64,000 nucleotides of DNA from a bacterium. GTDB lineage: Bacteria; Hinthialibacterota; Hinthialibacteria; Hinthialibacterales; Hinthialibacteraceae. Shown here piece by piece: positions 30,046 through 39,631 of the stretch. Positions within the stretch are counted from its first letter, which is position 1, and each line of letters opens with the position of its first letter. The stretch covers positions 1,312,001 to 1,376,000 of the forward strand of contig CAXXMV010000008.1 of the NCBI GenBank assembly GCA_963662285.2, written 5' to 3'. The notes beneath the pieces were generated by a model that saw nothing but the letters and a program-made list of their open reading frames with translations, was not told where the DNA came from and ran no database searches. Made by a program: the position numbers and the translations under genes.

Positions 30046-30387
30046 CTATTTCCAGAATTCCCACCATTTTTTGATGGATTTTATCTGGATATCTTCAAGT
30101 GATGCTATGGTTTCTGATAGCAATTCGTTCAAATACTGGCTCAATCGGATGATTCCTTCATCATTGTTTGATTTTTTTGCGTAATCACAAAGCACCCGGA
30201 ATTGTTCACCGAATTCACTACCTTCCAATACATTGGCCGCCCCAATTATCACATTACACGCTTGTTCGTTATAGGATGCGTTCTCTAACAAATTCCTGGC
30301 ATATTCTAATTGCTCGATGAAAGGTGTGATGTCGGTCTTGATATTAATTATCGGTTCCTTCGCTTTTACAAAATCATCTTTTATCAA
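30046..30387 (-). CDS. Hypothetical protein ending KKWWEFWK
   Basis: 113-codon ORF with plausible composition. An AGGTGAGG RBS lies upstream but the nearest ATG (30394) is out of frame, so the start is uncertain. Confidence 0.55.
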   Translation of the reverse strand: MIKDDFVKAKEPIINIKTDITPFIEQLEYARNLLENASYNEQACNVIIGAANVLEGSEFGEQFRVLCDYAKKSNNDEGIIRLSQYLNELLSETIASLEDIQIKSIKKWWEFWK

Positions 30388-30408
30388 CCGTCATAAAACC
30401 TCACCTAA

Positions 30409-30866
30409 GCATTTAACCCAAGATCACAAATTACCTTTTCTCACATTATTTATTTTTCTGATTAATTTAATCAAACGCTCTCTGCAATCAGAATTGGATT
30501 CCTTCTTTCAGACTAATAACGGCGCTTTGACGCCTATTCGGGAATTTACCAAAAACGCGTTTGTCCAAGCCCGCAGAAAAATTCATGCTGTTTTCAAGCG
30601 CAAGTCGATCAGGATGAATCCAATGATCAACCCTATCGCTATCAAATCAATTTAACCTGTGCTCTCTCTTGTCTTATAAACACCATTGTTCTCATATTTC
30701 AACGACGCCGTCCTCATCAGATTTTACGCGATCTTTTCCTTCTATTTCAGAAAACGATTGAGCCGATCCGCCCTAACTGATCAAATCCTCGCAAACAAGT
30801 TATAATACCTGATCAACAAACACACTATACTTGCTATAAGCCTAACGGCTTAACTTAATGACATTG
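30409..30866 (+). mobile_element. IS4-family element remnant (internally deleted transposase plus right terminal inverted repeat)
   Basis: N-terminal fragment KLPFLTLFIFLINLIKRSLQSELDSFF...FTKNAFVQARRKI joined near 30583 to the C-terminal fragment YRYQINLTCALS...IEPIRPN*SNPRK...YKP (in-frame TGA), followed by CTTAACTTAATGACATTG (30849-30866). Confidence 0.75.
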
Positions 30867-32519
30867 ATCGAGCACCTCACGAACTTTTCTGATTATATCA
30901 ATCGGTGAGATCGGCTTTTGAAGAAAAGCGATGCCATTTTCCAAAACGCCATGCTGAACGATGGCATCATCTGTATAACCGGATATGAAGAGAACTCTTG
31001 CTTTTGAATTGAATGATCGAATTTGTTCGTATAACTCTCGACCGCTCAAACCTGGCATAATTACATCCGTGAGAATTAAGTGGATGGATTTTTCATAATT
31101 TTTGAATATATGCAAGGCTTCGATTCCATCCTTTGCGTCTAAAATTGTATACCCCCTATCTTGAAGTATACGTTTTATCACAGTTCTCGTAGCCAGATCG
31201 TCTTCTACAACCATAATTGTTTCATTATTTTCATGCGAGTCTTCTAAATCCTGATCCAAGTGGCTCGGTAAAATGGATTCATCCACATAAGGAAGAAAGA
31301 TTCTGAAGGTTGTTCCCCGATCGGTTTCACTGGCTACCTTAATAATCCCCTCATTTTGCGTGACGATGCCGAATACGGTAGAAAGCCCCAGACCCGTTCC
31401 TTTTCCCGGTTCCTTTGTCGTAAAAAAAGGATCGAATATTTTCTCCTGGATAAAGGGGGGAATCCCGCATCCCGTATCGCTGACGGCCAACATAATATAG
31501 GTTCCCGGCTGATTGTCGACATATTTGAACACTTCGTTCTCATCCAAATATACACTGGCCGTTTCGATTGTGAGACTCCCTCCTTTGGGCATGGCATCAC
31601 GGGAATTAACGGCAAGATTCAAGAGGATTTGTTCGAGTTGGCCCGGATCGGCTTTTATTGGACGGATGGATGGGTAGAGATTGATAATCAGTTCGATATC
31701 TTCACCGATCAAACGGTAAAGCATGTTGCACATACCTTCAATCAACTCATTCATATTTAGTATCTGAGGTTGAGTTACCTGTCGGCGGCTGAAAGCGAGT
31801 AGTTGACGAGTGAGCGACGTGGCTCGAACTCCAGCATTTTTTATCTCTTCGATTTCTTGTCGAACTGGATCATCCTGGGCGAGGCGTTTCAACGCGAAGT
31901 CGCTACACGATCCGATAACCATCAATAAATTGTTGAAATCGTGCGCCACACCGCCCGCTAATCGGCCAATCGCCTCCATCTTTTGGGATTGGATGAGTTC
32001 TTTTTCCAGTCTAATGCGCTCTTCAATTTCCTTCTTCAATTTTTCATTTGCTTCCAAATATTCGGAGGTACGTTCTTGCACTTTGATTTCTAGAATTTGG
32101 TTATGCTTTTGCAATTCCTTCCGCAGTCGACACAGTTCCAGATGGGTTTTGACTCGAGCGTAGACTTCCTCCGCCTGAAAAGGCTTCGTTATATAATCTA
32201 CTCCTCCGGCATTGAATCCCTTGATCTTATCTGATGTTTCATCGAGAGCGCTTATGAAAATGATGGGAATGTCTCGGAGCGTATCGCTCGCCTTTAGTCG
32301 TTCGCAGACTTCGTAGCCATTCATTTCCGGCATATTTATATCAAGAATAATAAGATCCGGAGGATCGTTCGCAACCGCCTCCAAAGCCAATACACCGCTA
32401 ACAAACGCTCGAATCTCATATCCTTGCTTCTTCAATAATTCGCTTAACAGCCGCAGGTTGGCTGGCGTGTCGTCCACAAGAATGACGTTCGCGTTGAGAA
32501 ATCCCTCTGATGATTCCAT
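30855..32519 (-). CDS. Hybrid histidine kinase REC-HisKA-HATPase-REC
   Basis: N-terminal REC (ILVDD, LDINMP, KPF), AHDFNNLL H-box, NLAVNSRDAM, GTGLGL, and a C-terminal REC (LTDVIMP, KP). Confidence 0.92.
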   Translation of the reverse strand: MESSEGFLNANVILVDDTPANLRLLSELLKKQGYEIRAFVSGVLALEAVANDPPDLIILDINMPEMNGYEVCERLKASDTLRDIPIIFISALDETSDKIKGFNAGGVDYITKPFQAEEVYARVKTHLELCRLRKELQKHNQILEIKVQERTSEYLEANEKLKKEIEERIRLEKELIQSQKMEAIGRLAGGVAHDFNNLLMVIGSCSDFALKRLAQDDPVRQEIEEIKNAGVRATSLTRQLLAFSRRQVTQPQILNMNELIEGMCNMLYRLIGEDIELIINLYPSIRPIKADPGQLEQILLNLAVNSRDAMPKGGSLTIETASVYLDENEVFKYVDNQPGTYIMLAVSDTGCGIPPFIQEKIFDPFFTTKEPGKGTGLGLSTVFGIVTQNEGIIKVASETDRGTTFRIFLPYVDESILPSHLDQDLEDSHENNETIMVVEDDLATRTVIKRILQDRGYTILDAKDGIEALHIFKNYEKSIHLILTDVIMPGLSGRELYEQIRSFNSKARVLFISGYTDDAIVQHGVLENGIAFLQKPISPIDIIRKVREVLDQCH

Positions 32520-33628
32520 TATTGTTTCCTTCCTTCATGTATTATGGAATATTCATTTTCGATCTTTAAGAATGCATTGACAACGGATGGATCGAAATGC
32601 AAACCCTTTTCGTGTGAGATAATCTCGCAGGTTTTTTCGTGGGAAAATTCCGGCTTGTAACATCGTTTAGAACGAAGCGCGTCGTAAACGTCCGCCATCG
32701 CCATGATCCGGCTCTCCAGAGGGATATCTTCTCCAGCCAAGCCATCTGGATACCCCAGACCATCCCATCGTTCGTGATGAGAGCGTGCGATAGCCGCCCC
32801 CATGGTGATAAAAGCATTGTTGGGATAATTGTTTTTTACTGCTTCAAGATTTCTAGCGCCGATGATTGTATGCGTTTTCATGATTTCGAATTCTTGCTCG
32901 GTTAGTCTTCCAGGTTTAAGAAGTATTGTATCTGGAATGGCGACTTTGCCAATATCGTGCAGCGGACTAACATGGAATAGATTATTAACAAAATCATCGG
33001 TCACTACATTCTTAAAACCATCCCATTTACGAAGTTCCAAGGCCAATGTGATGCAATAACCTTGCGTTCTCTCAATATGCCGACCGGTTTCGTCGTCGCG
33101 TGCTTCGGCTATTTTTGATATGGCGCGGATTGTAGCCAAATGGGCATAGGAAATTTCTTCCCGCGCCGCCATGATAACGCGAACCTGTTGGTCAACGAGT
33201 TCCTGAAGATGAAGGTTATGTTGATGGAGTTTGGCCTGATAGTTGCGAATTTTCAAATGAGTTTCGACGCGGGCGCGTACTTCCTCAATTTGAAACGGTT
33301 TCGTGATATAATCGACGCCGCCGCATTGGAAAGCTAATAGTTTATCTTCTGTTTCGTTCATTCCACTTAAAAAAATTATGGGAATATCGGTGAGTTCGCA
33401 AGTCGCTTTAAACTGTTGGCATACTTGATACCCGTTCATTTCAGGCATGTTGATATCGAGAAGCAGTAAATCCGGTGGATCTACTATAGCGGCGGATATA
33501 GCCATTTTTCCACGGGGAAACGCCCGAACGGTGTATCCATCTTCTTCCAGGATTCGCACTAATAACCGCAGGTTTTCGGGTGTATCATCCACTACCATGA
33601 TGTTCGTGTGATTCAAAACCGTACTCAT
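32519..33628 (-). CDS. Response regulator with HD-GYP cyclic-di-GMP phosphodiesterase domain (RpfG-like)
   Basis: REC domain followed by ETGRHIER, LHDIGK, HHERWDGLGYPDGL and ADVYDAL. Confidence 0.92.
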   Translation of the reverse strand: MSTVLNHTNIMVVDDTPENLRLLVRILEEDGYTVRAFPRGKMAISAAIVDPPDLLLLDINMPEMNGYQVCQQFKATCELTDIPIIFLSGMNETEDKLLAFQCGGVDYITKPFQIEEVRARVETHLKIRNYQAKLHQHNLHLQELVDQQVRVIMAAREEISYAHLATIRAISKIAEARDDETGRHIERTQGYCITLALELRKWDGFKNVVTDDFVNNLFHVSPLHDIGKVAIPDTILLKPGRLTEQEFEIMKTHTIIGARNLEAVKNNYPNNAFITMGAAIARSHHERWDGLGYPDGLAGEDIPLESRIMAMADVYDALRSKRCYKPEFSHEKTCEIISHEKGLHFDPSVVNAFLKIENEYSIIHEGRKQ

Positions 33629-36600
33629 GATTCTTGCCTTTTTCTATCAAATAAATCATTCAAGGCGTAAAAATCGAAACCATCTGCCAATTCCATCAGA
33701 TACTCCGACAGCGCGGCATCAATTTTTTCAACTTGTCGAATCAGATCGATCAGCTTATTTATATACCCCTGGTTAATGGCTTGCAGCATTTGTTCCACCA
33801 ATTCGTCGGGCAATCCAGACAACGACTGTCTGATCGCTTCCTTCTTCGCCAAACGGCCTTCTTCGGTGGAAACGTCTCCAATCTCGTTCTCGTTCGTCGC
33901 GATGTAAATAAATTTCACATGGGCGTGTCGTTCGATCTCCTGATATAATTCTTCTTCCCTAAAAGGCTTGCGTATGAATCCATCGGCCCCCGCTTCAATC
34001 GCTTTGTTCAAGTCCTCCACCAGGGCGCTAGCCGAAACCATGAGAATCGGAATCTGTACTCCCGTTTCCATCGAACGGATGCGCTTCATGGTTTCACAAC
34101 CGTCGATACCCGGCATAACCATATCCATAAAAATCATATCCGGTCGCCAATCTTTGAAAATCTCTATGGCCTTGAATCCATCTTCCGCTTCCCGGACGGT
34201 AAATCCAACATTAGATAGCATACGCGCCAGAAGGTCCCGATTTGTATCGCGATCATCGACTACCAAAACATGCAATGATTTCTGATCGGGAGCGATCCTC
34301 TCCACTCGACGAGTAGGTGATGTATGAACTTCTGTTTCACTTTTGTTTCGAATTTCCGCCTCAAATTCGAGCCGGAAAATGCTGCCTTCCCCCAACTCGC
34401 TCGTCAAAGTAATATCGCCCCCCATCATCCGGGCGTATCGACGGCTGATCGGCATTCCCAATCCCGTACCTACGCCTCGGTTCTTACCGCTTTCGGTCTG
34501 TTCGAATTGATTGAAGACTTTTTCAATCTCATCCGGAGTGATGCCGCATCCCGTATCTTCGACGTCAATGGAGATTTTGCATTTTGGATATGAATTGTCT
34601 TGGGAAGGCGGATTTTCATCTTCAGACCGCTCCATATAAACACGGATAACGATCTGTCCTTGATCTGTAAATTTCAACGCGTTTCCGATAATGTTAATCA
34701 ACGCCTGTTTTATTTTTCCTTCATCGGCATGGAGTATGCGCGGGATGTCGTCGACTCGCTCAACACGCAATTGGATCATTTTTTCATCCAACCGGCCCTG
34801 AAACATCGCTTCAAGGTCGTCGAGAAGCGAATGAAAATCGAAGGTTTCGGGATTCAGCGTAATACGCCCCGATTCAATTTTCGACATTTCCAATACATCG
34901 TTGATTAAATCCATTAGATGTTCGCCGCTTCGATTGACAATCTCTATGAACTCTTTCTGTTGCCTGGTAATACCTGGTTCCCGATGCAATAGTTGCGAGT
35001 ATCCCAGAATTGCATTCATGGGCGTACGGATTTCATGCGACATGTTGGCTAAAAAAATGCTTTTCGCTTGATTGGCCGCATCCGCGACTTCCATGGCTTT
35101 TTGAAGTTCTTCCTCGGCTTGCTTTTGGGCAGTCACGTCTTCAGTGACTACGACGGCGTGCGTGATTTTGCCATTGACGTTTCTATAGGGGTAATACTTG
35201 ATACTGCAGAAGCGCCTACCTAATTTTGTAAGATTCAACCATACCTCATAATGAAGTTCCTCACCCTGAAAACAGCGCTCGAAACAGGGTTGAATATACT
35301 GCTCGAATGCATCCCGTCCCCATACATCCGAGGCTGAATGACCTATGATATCTTCGCGATTTTTGCATACTGATGTACAATATTCATTATTCACGGCTTC
35401 GTAAACGTAATCTTGCCGCACTAAACTCATCATAACACGGACCGCATTAGTGATGAATTCATAATGATGAAGTTTCTCGTCTCGTTTCTTGATTTCTGTA
35501 ATGTCATTTCCTACACACAAAATTTCAGTGCTATTTTTCTCCTTATTGTAAAGCGGCTTATTAGTCCATGCTATCCAAACTCGGTCGCCATTACAACGCA
35601 TATTCTCGTTTTCATTTGTTTTATATTTTTCTGGGTAAAGAATAAGATTTTGAATCATACTTTTCAAATCGCGCATCATCGAATCGGTTTCAGGAACAAT
35701 AGTATTTATTACATTTCTTCCGATAATTTCTTTTTTAGAATATCCAAAAAACTTTTCTGCAAATTCATTGAAAAATGTGATATTTCCTTCAATATCCATT
35801 CTCAAGATGATGCTATTGGCATTCTCAACAAGCTCACGATATTTGTTTTCGCTGTCGCGCAGGGCCTCTTCGATCCGTTTTCTTCCAACGATTTCTCGGG
35901 CCAAACGACGATTCCAATAGACGATACAACCCAAGATTATAAGGGAAATAAGAGCAACCCACCACACCATTACCCAATCGACTTCGTGCTCTACTTCCAC
36001 CTGAGTCCAACGGTCTAGAAAACGCTTTTTCTCGGATTCGGGGATACTCTGAAGAGCTTTATCCAGAATGACAATCAGTTCCGGCCAATCTTTTCTCACG
36101 GCAAATGAAAAATCGAGATTGTACGGAGTCGTGGCGGCAACGCGCAGGTTAAGCAAACCTAGTTTTTTCGTAGCATACCGGATGGTTTCCAGATCGCCAA
36201 CAAACGCATCCGCTTTACCTTTGGAAACGGTTAGTAGAGCCTCCTCCAGATCGTTCACAAAAAGGAATTTTTTTTGGGGATAATCCCGGCTTACTAATTC
36301 ACTCGACGCATAGCCTTCGATTAGAGCCACTTTCAAATCGGGAAAATCGCTAATTCCCTTAACAAATGGAGCATCTTCCCGCGTCAATATCACCAGAGGT
36401 ACGCGTAGATACGGTTGAGTGAAAAGTAAGTAATCGCTGCGCGTCGGTGTTTTCACAATACAAGGCAGTACGTCGATCTCGCCCTTCCGAATTTTCTCCA
36501 TCACGTCATTCCAATTCTCGGACGCCTCGAGCTGCATATCAATATCGAGTTGTTGGTTCAATAGGGTAACGTAATCAGATGCAACCCCATTGTGCATATT

Positions 36601-38553
36601 TGTTGTATCGATAAAATCGTAAGGTGGGTGATAGGGATCGACGCCCAGTCGCATTTGACGGCGCCGTGACAGCCATTCCTTCTCATCCTGACTAAGCGTC
36701 AGTTTAGGTGTGATATCTGTCGATTCCTGTTCCAGACTCGTCCATTTACGCCGGATCGTTCGATATTCCTCTTGCGTGATAGAAGCCAGCGCCTGGTTCA
36801 GTATCGAAAGAAATTCCGGCCAGTCTTTACGGATTCCGATTGTAAGAACAACCGGCGCTTTGGACGATTGTCCCATGACCTTAAGATTTGTAAGCAGGTC
36901 TTTTTCGATCAAATGAATTATGACGGCGCGATTTCCGATATAAGCATCCACCTCGCTTCGGGATACGGCATCCAGCGCGCCCCGTGTGGTTTCATACTCA
37001 ACAACGATGATCTCAGGATAATTTTGTTGGATGTTTTTAATATTAAAGAAACCGCTTTCGATGGCGACTTTTTTACCTGCCAAATCATTCTCAGAATCGA
37101 AATACATCCCATCCTTCCGCCCGACGATAACATGAGGAACGATCAGGTATGGATTGGTGAAATTAAAGTATGGTTCGCGCTCCGGTTGGGGCGTGATATC
37201 CATTAATGCATCGAGTTGCTGGTTTTTCACCCTGTCATAGTTCTCAGCAAACGGAGCCGCTTCCAAAACAAGTACACCGCCCAACCGCTTATTGATAACC
37301 TTGATATACTCAACGCCGATGCCCTGGAGGCGGCCCTGTTTGTCCACGAAATTCAAAGGCGGCCATGCATCCATGATACCCACTCGGATTTGGGGATGTT
37401 CGGACAACCATACTCTTTCTTCCTGCTTCATAGAGAGAGTGGGTTCGGATTTCTTTGCACGAATAAAGCCCTCCGGCACTGTTGCGGTCTTTGCCATTCC
37501 CAGACGGTAAAAGGTTTCCGCCGCCCAGTTATACCTCGCCGGATTCACCTCGCCCAGTGGAATCAACTCCGGCAGAATCATGATATCGATCATCTTGGCT
37601 TCGTACTCTAATAACGCGCGATCGGTCGAGGTAACGTATTTGCGTTGAATGAAGTCAATCATCTCTTCTTGGTGAGACAGTGCATATTGCCATCCCTTAA
37701 GTGTGGCTCGGAGGACGCGTTCGGCGCGACCCGGATGACCGGCGATCTCCTTTTCGGTCGTAAAGAGATTGTCTCCATAAAAGTCCATTCCATACGACTG
37801 GGGATTTATGATGTTGACATCAACGCCCCATTTCTTCATGAGATAGGGTTGGTCAGTTATGAAAGTGGCGATTGCATCGACTTTACCAGATAAGAATTCG
37901 TTGTAATTAAAGTTATGTTGAATGGCGTTAACCTTCGATATTCCTCCAAGAATTTCCTTGATCGCGGCGTAAAGCGGCGCTTCGTATTTTACGCGCAGTT
38001 CCATCATGACCCGTTTCCCGATCATCTCGTATGGACTTACGATGCCGCTTTCACGCTTTGTGATAAAAATCAGAGGAGAATGTTGGAATATCTGACCCAA
38101 CAAAACAACTGGCTCTCCTTCCATCCGGTAAAGCAGAAGTCCTGAATCGCTAATTCCATATTCGGCTTCACCGTCCAGAACCGATTCGACGTTGTATTTC
38201 TCAAAGTCGCGTTCCTTCAATTGAACGTTGAGTCCTTCACTCGCGTAAAATCCCTTCTCGACGGCGGCGTAATAACCGGCAAAGTAGTATCCACGCGACC
38301 ACATATTCAACTGAATAGAGATTGTTTCCAGTGAATTATCATCAGTATTCGGCGAACCCCAGGCGGAGTGAGTATTCAAAAATGCGGTGAAGAAGCAAAA
38401 CACAGTACAGAGGACGACGACAGTCATATTGAGGAGGAATCCAGGCGCTATCAAACGTACAAAACATTTCAACTTGCTGTGGTGGTATCCGTAATTATTC
38501 GAATGATATATGAAATGAGATCGGTTGAATGCCATATCACTCCGTATCCACAA
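33625..38553 (-). CDS. Hybrid sensor kinase: NMT1/THI5-like SBP, two family-3 SBP domains, TM, two PAS, HisKA-HATPase, REC
   Basis: FAGYYAAVEKGFY...IFQHSP (NMT1-like); two WPP/HPP...VRKDWPE SBP repeats; SHEIRTPMN; GTGLG; MDMVMP. Start codon uncertain. Confidence 0.9.
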   Translation of the reverse strand: MWIRSDMAFNRSHFIYHSNNYGYHHSKLKCFVRLIAPGFLLNMTVVVLCTVFCFFTAFLNTHSAWGSPNTDDNSLETISIQLNMWSRGYYFAGYYAAVEKGFYASEGLNVQLKERDFEKYNVESVLDGEAEYGISDSGLLLYRMEGEPVVLLGQIFQHSPLIFITKRESGIVSPYEMIGKRVMMELRVKYEAPLYAAIKEILGGISKVNAIQHNFNYNEFLSGKVDAIATFITDQPYLMKKWGVDVNIINPQSYGMDFYGDNLFTTEKEIAGHPGRAERVLRATLKGWQYALSHQEEMIDFIQRKYVTSTDRALLEYEAKMIDIMILPELIPLGEVNPARYNWAAETFYRLGMAKTATVPEGFIRAKKSEPTLSMKQEERVWLSEHPQIRVGIMDAWPPLNFVDKQGRLQGIGVEYIKVINKRLGGVLVLEAAPFAENYDRVKNQQLDALMDITPQPEREPYFNFTNPYLIVPHVIVGRKDGMYFDSENDLAGKKVAIESGFFNIKNIQQNYPEIIVVEYETTRGALDAVSRSEVDAYIGNRAVIIHLIEKDLLTNLKVMGQSSKAPVVLTIGIRKDWPEFLSILNQALASITQEEYRTIRRKWTSLEQESTDITPKLTLSQDEKEWLSRRRQMRLGVDPYHPPYDFIDTTNMHNGVASDYVTLLNQQLDIDMQLEASENWNDVMEKIRKGEIDVLPCIVKTPTRSDYLLFTQPYLRVPLVILTREDAPFVKGISDFPDLKVALIEGYASSELVSRDYPQKKFLFVNDLEEALLTVSKGKADAFVGDLETIRYATKKLGLLNLRVAATTPYNLDFSFAVRKDWPELIVILDKALQSIPESEKKRFLDRWTQVEVEHEVDWVMVWWVALISLIILGCIVYWNRRLAREIVGRKRIEEALRDSENKYRELVENANSIILRMDIEGNITFFNEFAEKFFGYSKKEIIGRNVINTIVPETDSMMRDLKSMIQNLILYPEKYKTNENENMRCNGDRVWIAWTNKPLYNKEKNSTEILCVGNDITEIKKRDEKLHHYEFITNAVRVMMSLVRQDYVYEAVNNEYCTSVCKNREDIIGHSASDVWGRDAFEQYIQPCFERCFQGEELHYEVWLNLTKLGRRFCSIKYYPYRNVNGKITHAVVVTEDVTAQKQAEEELQKAMEVADAANQAKSIFLANMSHEIRTPMNAILGYSQLLHREPGITRQQKEFIEIVNRSGEHLMDLINDVLEMSKIESGRITLNPETFDFHSLLDDLEAMFQGRLDEKMIQLRVERVDDIPRILHADEGKIKQALINIIGNALKFTDQGQIVIRVYMERSEDENPPSQDNSYPKCKISIDVEDTGCGITPDEIEKVFNQFEQTESGKNRGVGTGLGMPISRRYARMMGGDITLTSELGEGSIFRLEFEAEIRNKSETEVHTSPTRRVERIAPDQKSLHVLVVDDRDTNRDLLARMLSNVGFTVREAEDGFKAIEIFKDWRPDMIFMDMVMPGIDGCETMKRIRSMETGVQIPILMVSASALVEDLNKAIEAGADGFIRKPFREEELYQEIERHAHVKFIYIATNENEIGDVSTEEGRLAKKEAIRQSLSGLPDELVEQMLQAINQGYINKLIDLIRQVEKIDAALSEYLMELADGFDFYALNDLFDRKRQES

Positions 38554-38917
38554 TAGAAAATAGATATGTAAATTATATTATATTATACCACTCTTTTAGT
38601 TAGGGGTAGTTTATTAAAGACTCCTCAGTATAAAGTCTGTAATACAAGAAGTGGGGGATATTTTCCACTTTTACGGATTGACATTGATCACACAAAGCAC
38701 GAACCAGAAGATAATTAATAACGTGAGAAACAATAGTACCACACCGATATTACAATTCGTATTACAATACTATAAAACAATAGGGGATTGTAAAGGAATT
38801 TTTAGTAAAGCGACTATAAAGAGTCTTTTCCTCCTGATAATCAACACTGGCTATTTTAGCCTTTATTTATGGGCTTATTGTGGATAAACGATGAGTTTTT
38901 ATGAGGAGTTTTCAGGA

Positions 38918-38990
<73 letters not shown>

Positions 38991-39631
38991 GTTTAGTTGA
39001 TATATAGGCTTGAAATTTCAGTTTTTTAACGATAATTAGGTTATCAGCGAATATTGATCGGTCAAGCCGCTTAATCCGAACTTTTTGAGATTTTGCCTTG
39101 AGAGATTTGTACTTGCTTAGACGCTAAAGGCTTAGCAAATTCTGATTACATCAAATCTTATGCGGCAGCATCAAGGACTAACCGCTTTGCGGTCTTGCTC
39201 TTAGCGCGCAGATATTTAACACTCCTGCTGTAACGTTTGGATACAGATCAAAAAATGCTGATTTTTTTTAGGCAGTTTCTGCCGTTTTGGATGCTCAATT
39301 TTTAAATTCCTGGTGCGAATCATTTCTAAGGTTTGCTTACATGATCGCTTGGCAAACCAATAGGGTGGATCAAGTTCTTTTTCTCACCATTACCCGACCC
39401 CGATTGAGATCGTGACACTCAACCATAAAGAAAAGAGCATCCAGAGTTGACTCTCTTGCAGCCATTAAAAATTATTTAGACTTTTCTCCTTTTGGTCTAA
39501 TTATCTCTCCCTTTTCTGAAATATCCGGTAAAATAAATAGTAGTCATAGTATGATGAGTCGGCAAGAATTGGATGAAAGACAAAATCAAGCATCAATTAT
39601 TCTTAATCGATCATAATTCTGGAGACAAACA

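Noticed and set aside
39142-39330. Minus-strand fragment ending ...AKRLVLDAAA*, resembling a tmRNA tag, followed by GATTTGATGTAATCAG
   Set aside because: No tRNA-like tmRNA ends are visible. It may be an eroded IS end, but the fragments are too short and frameshifted to support a call.
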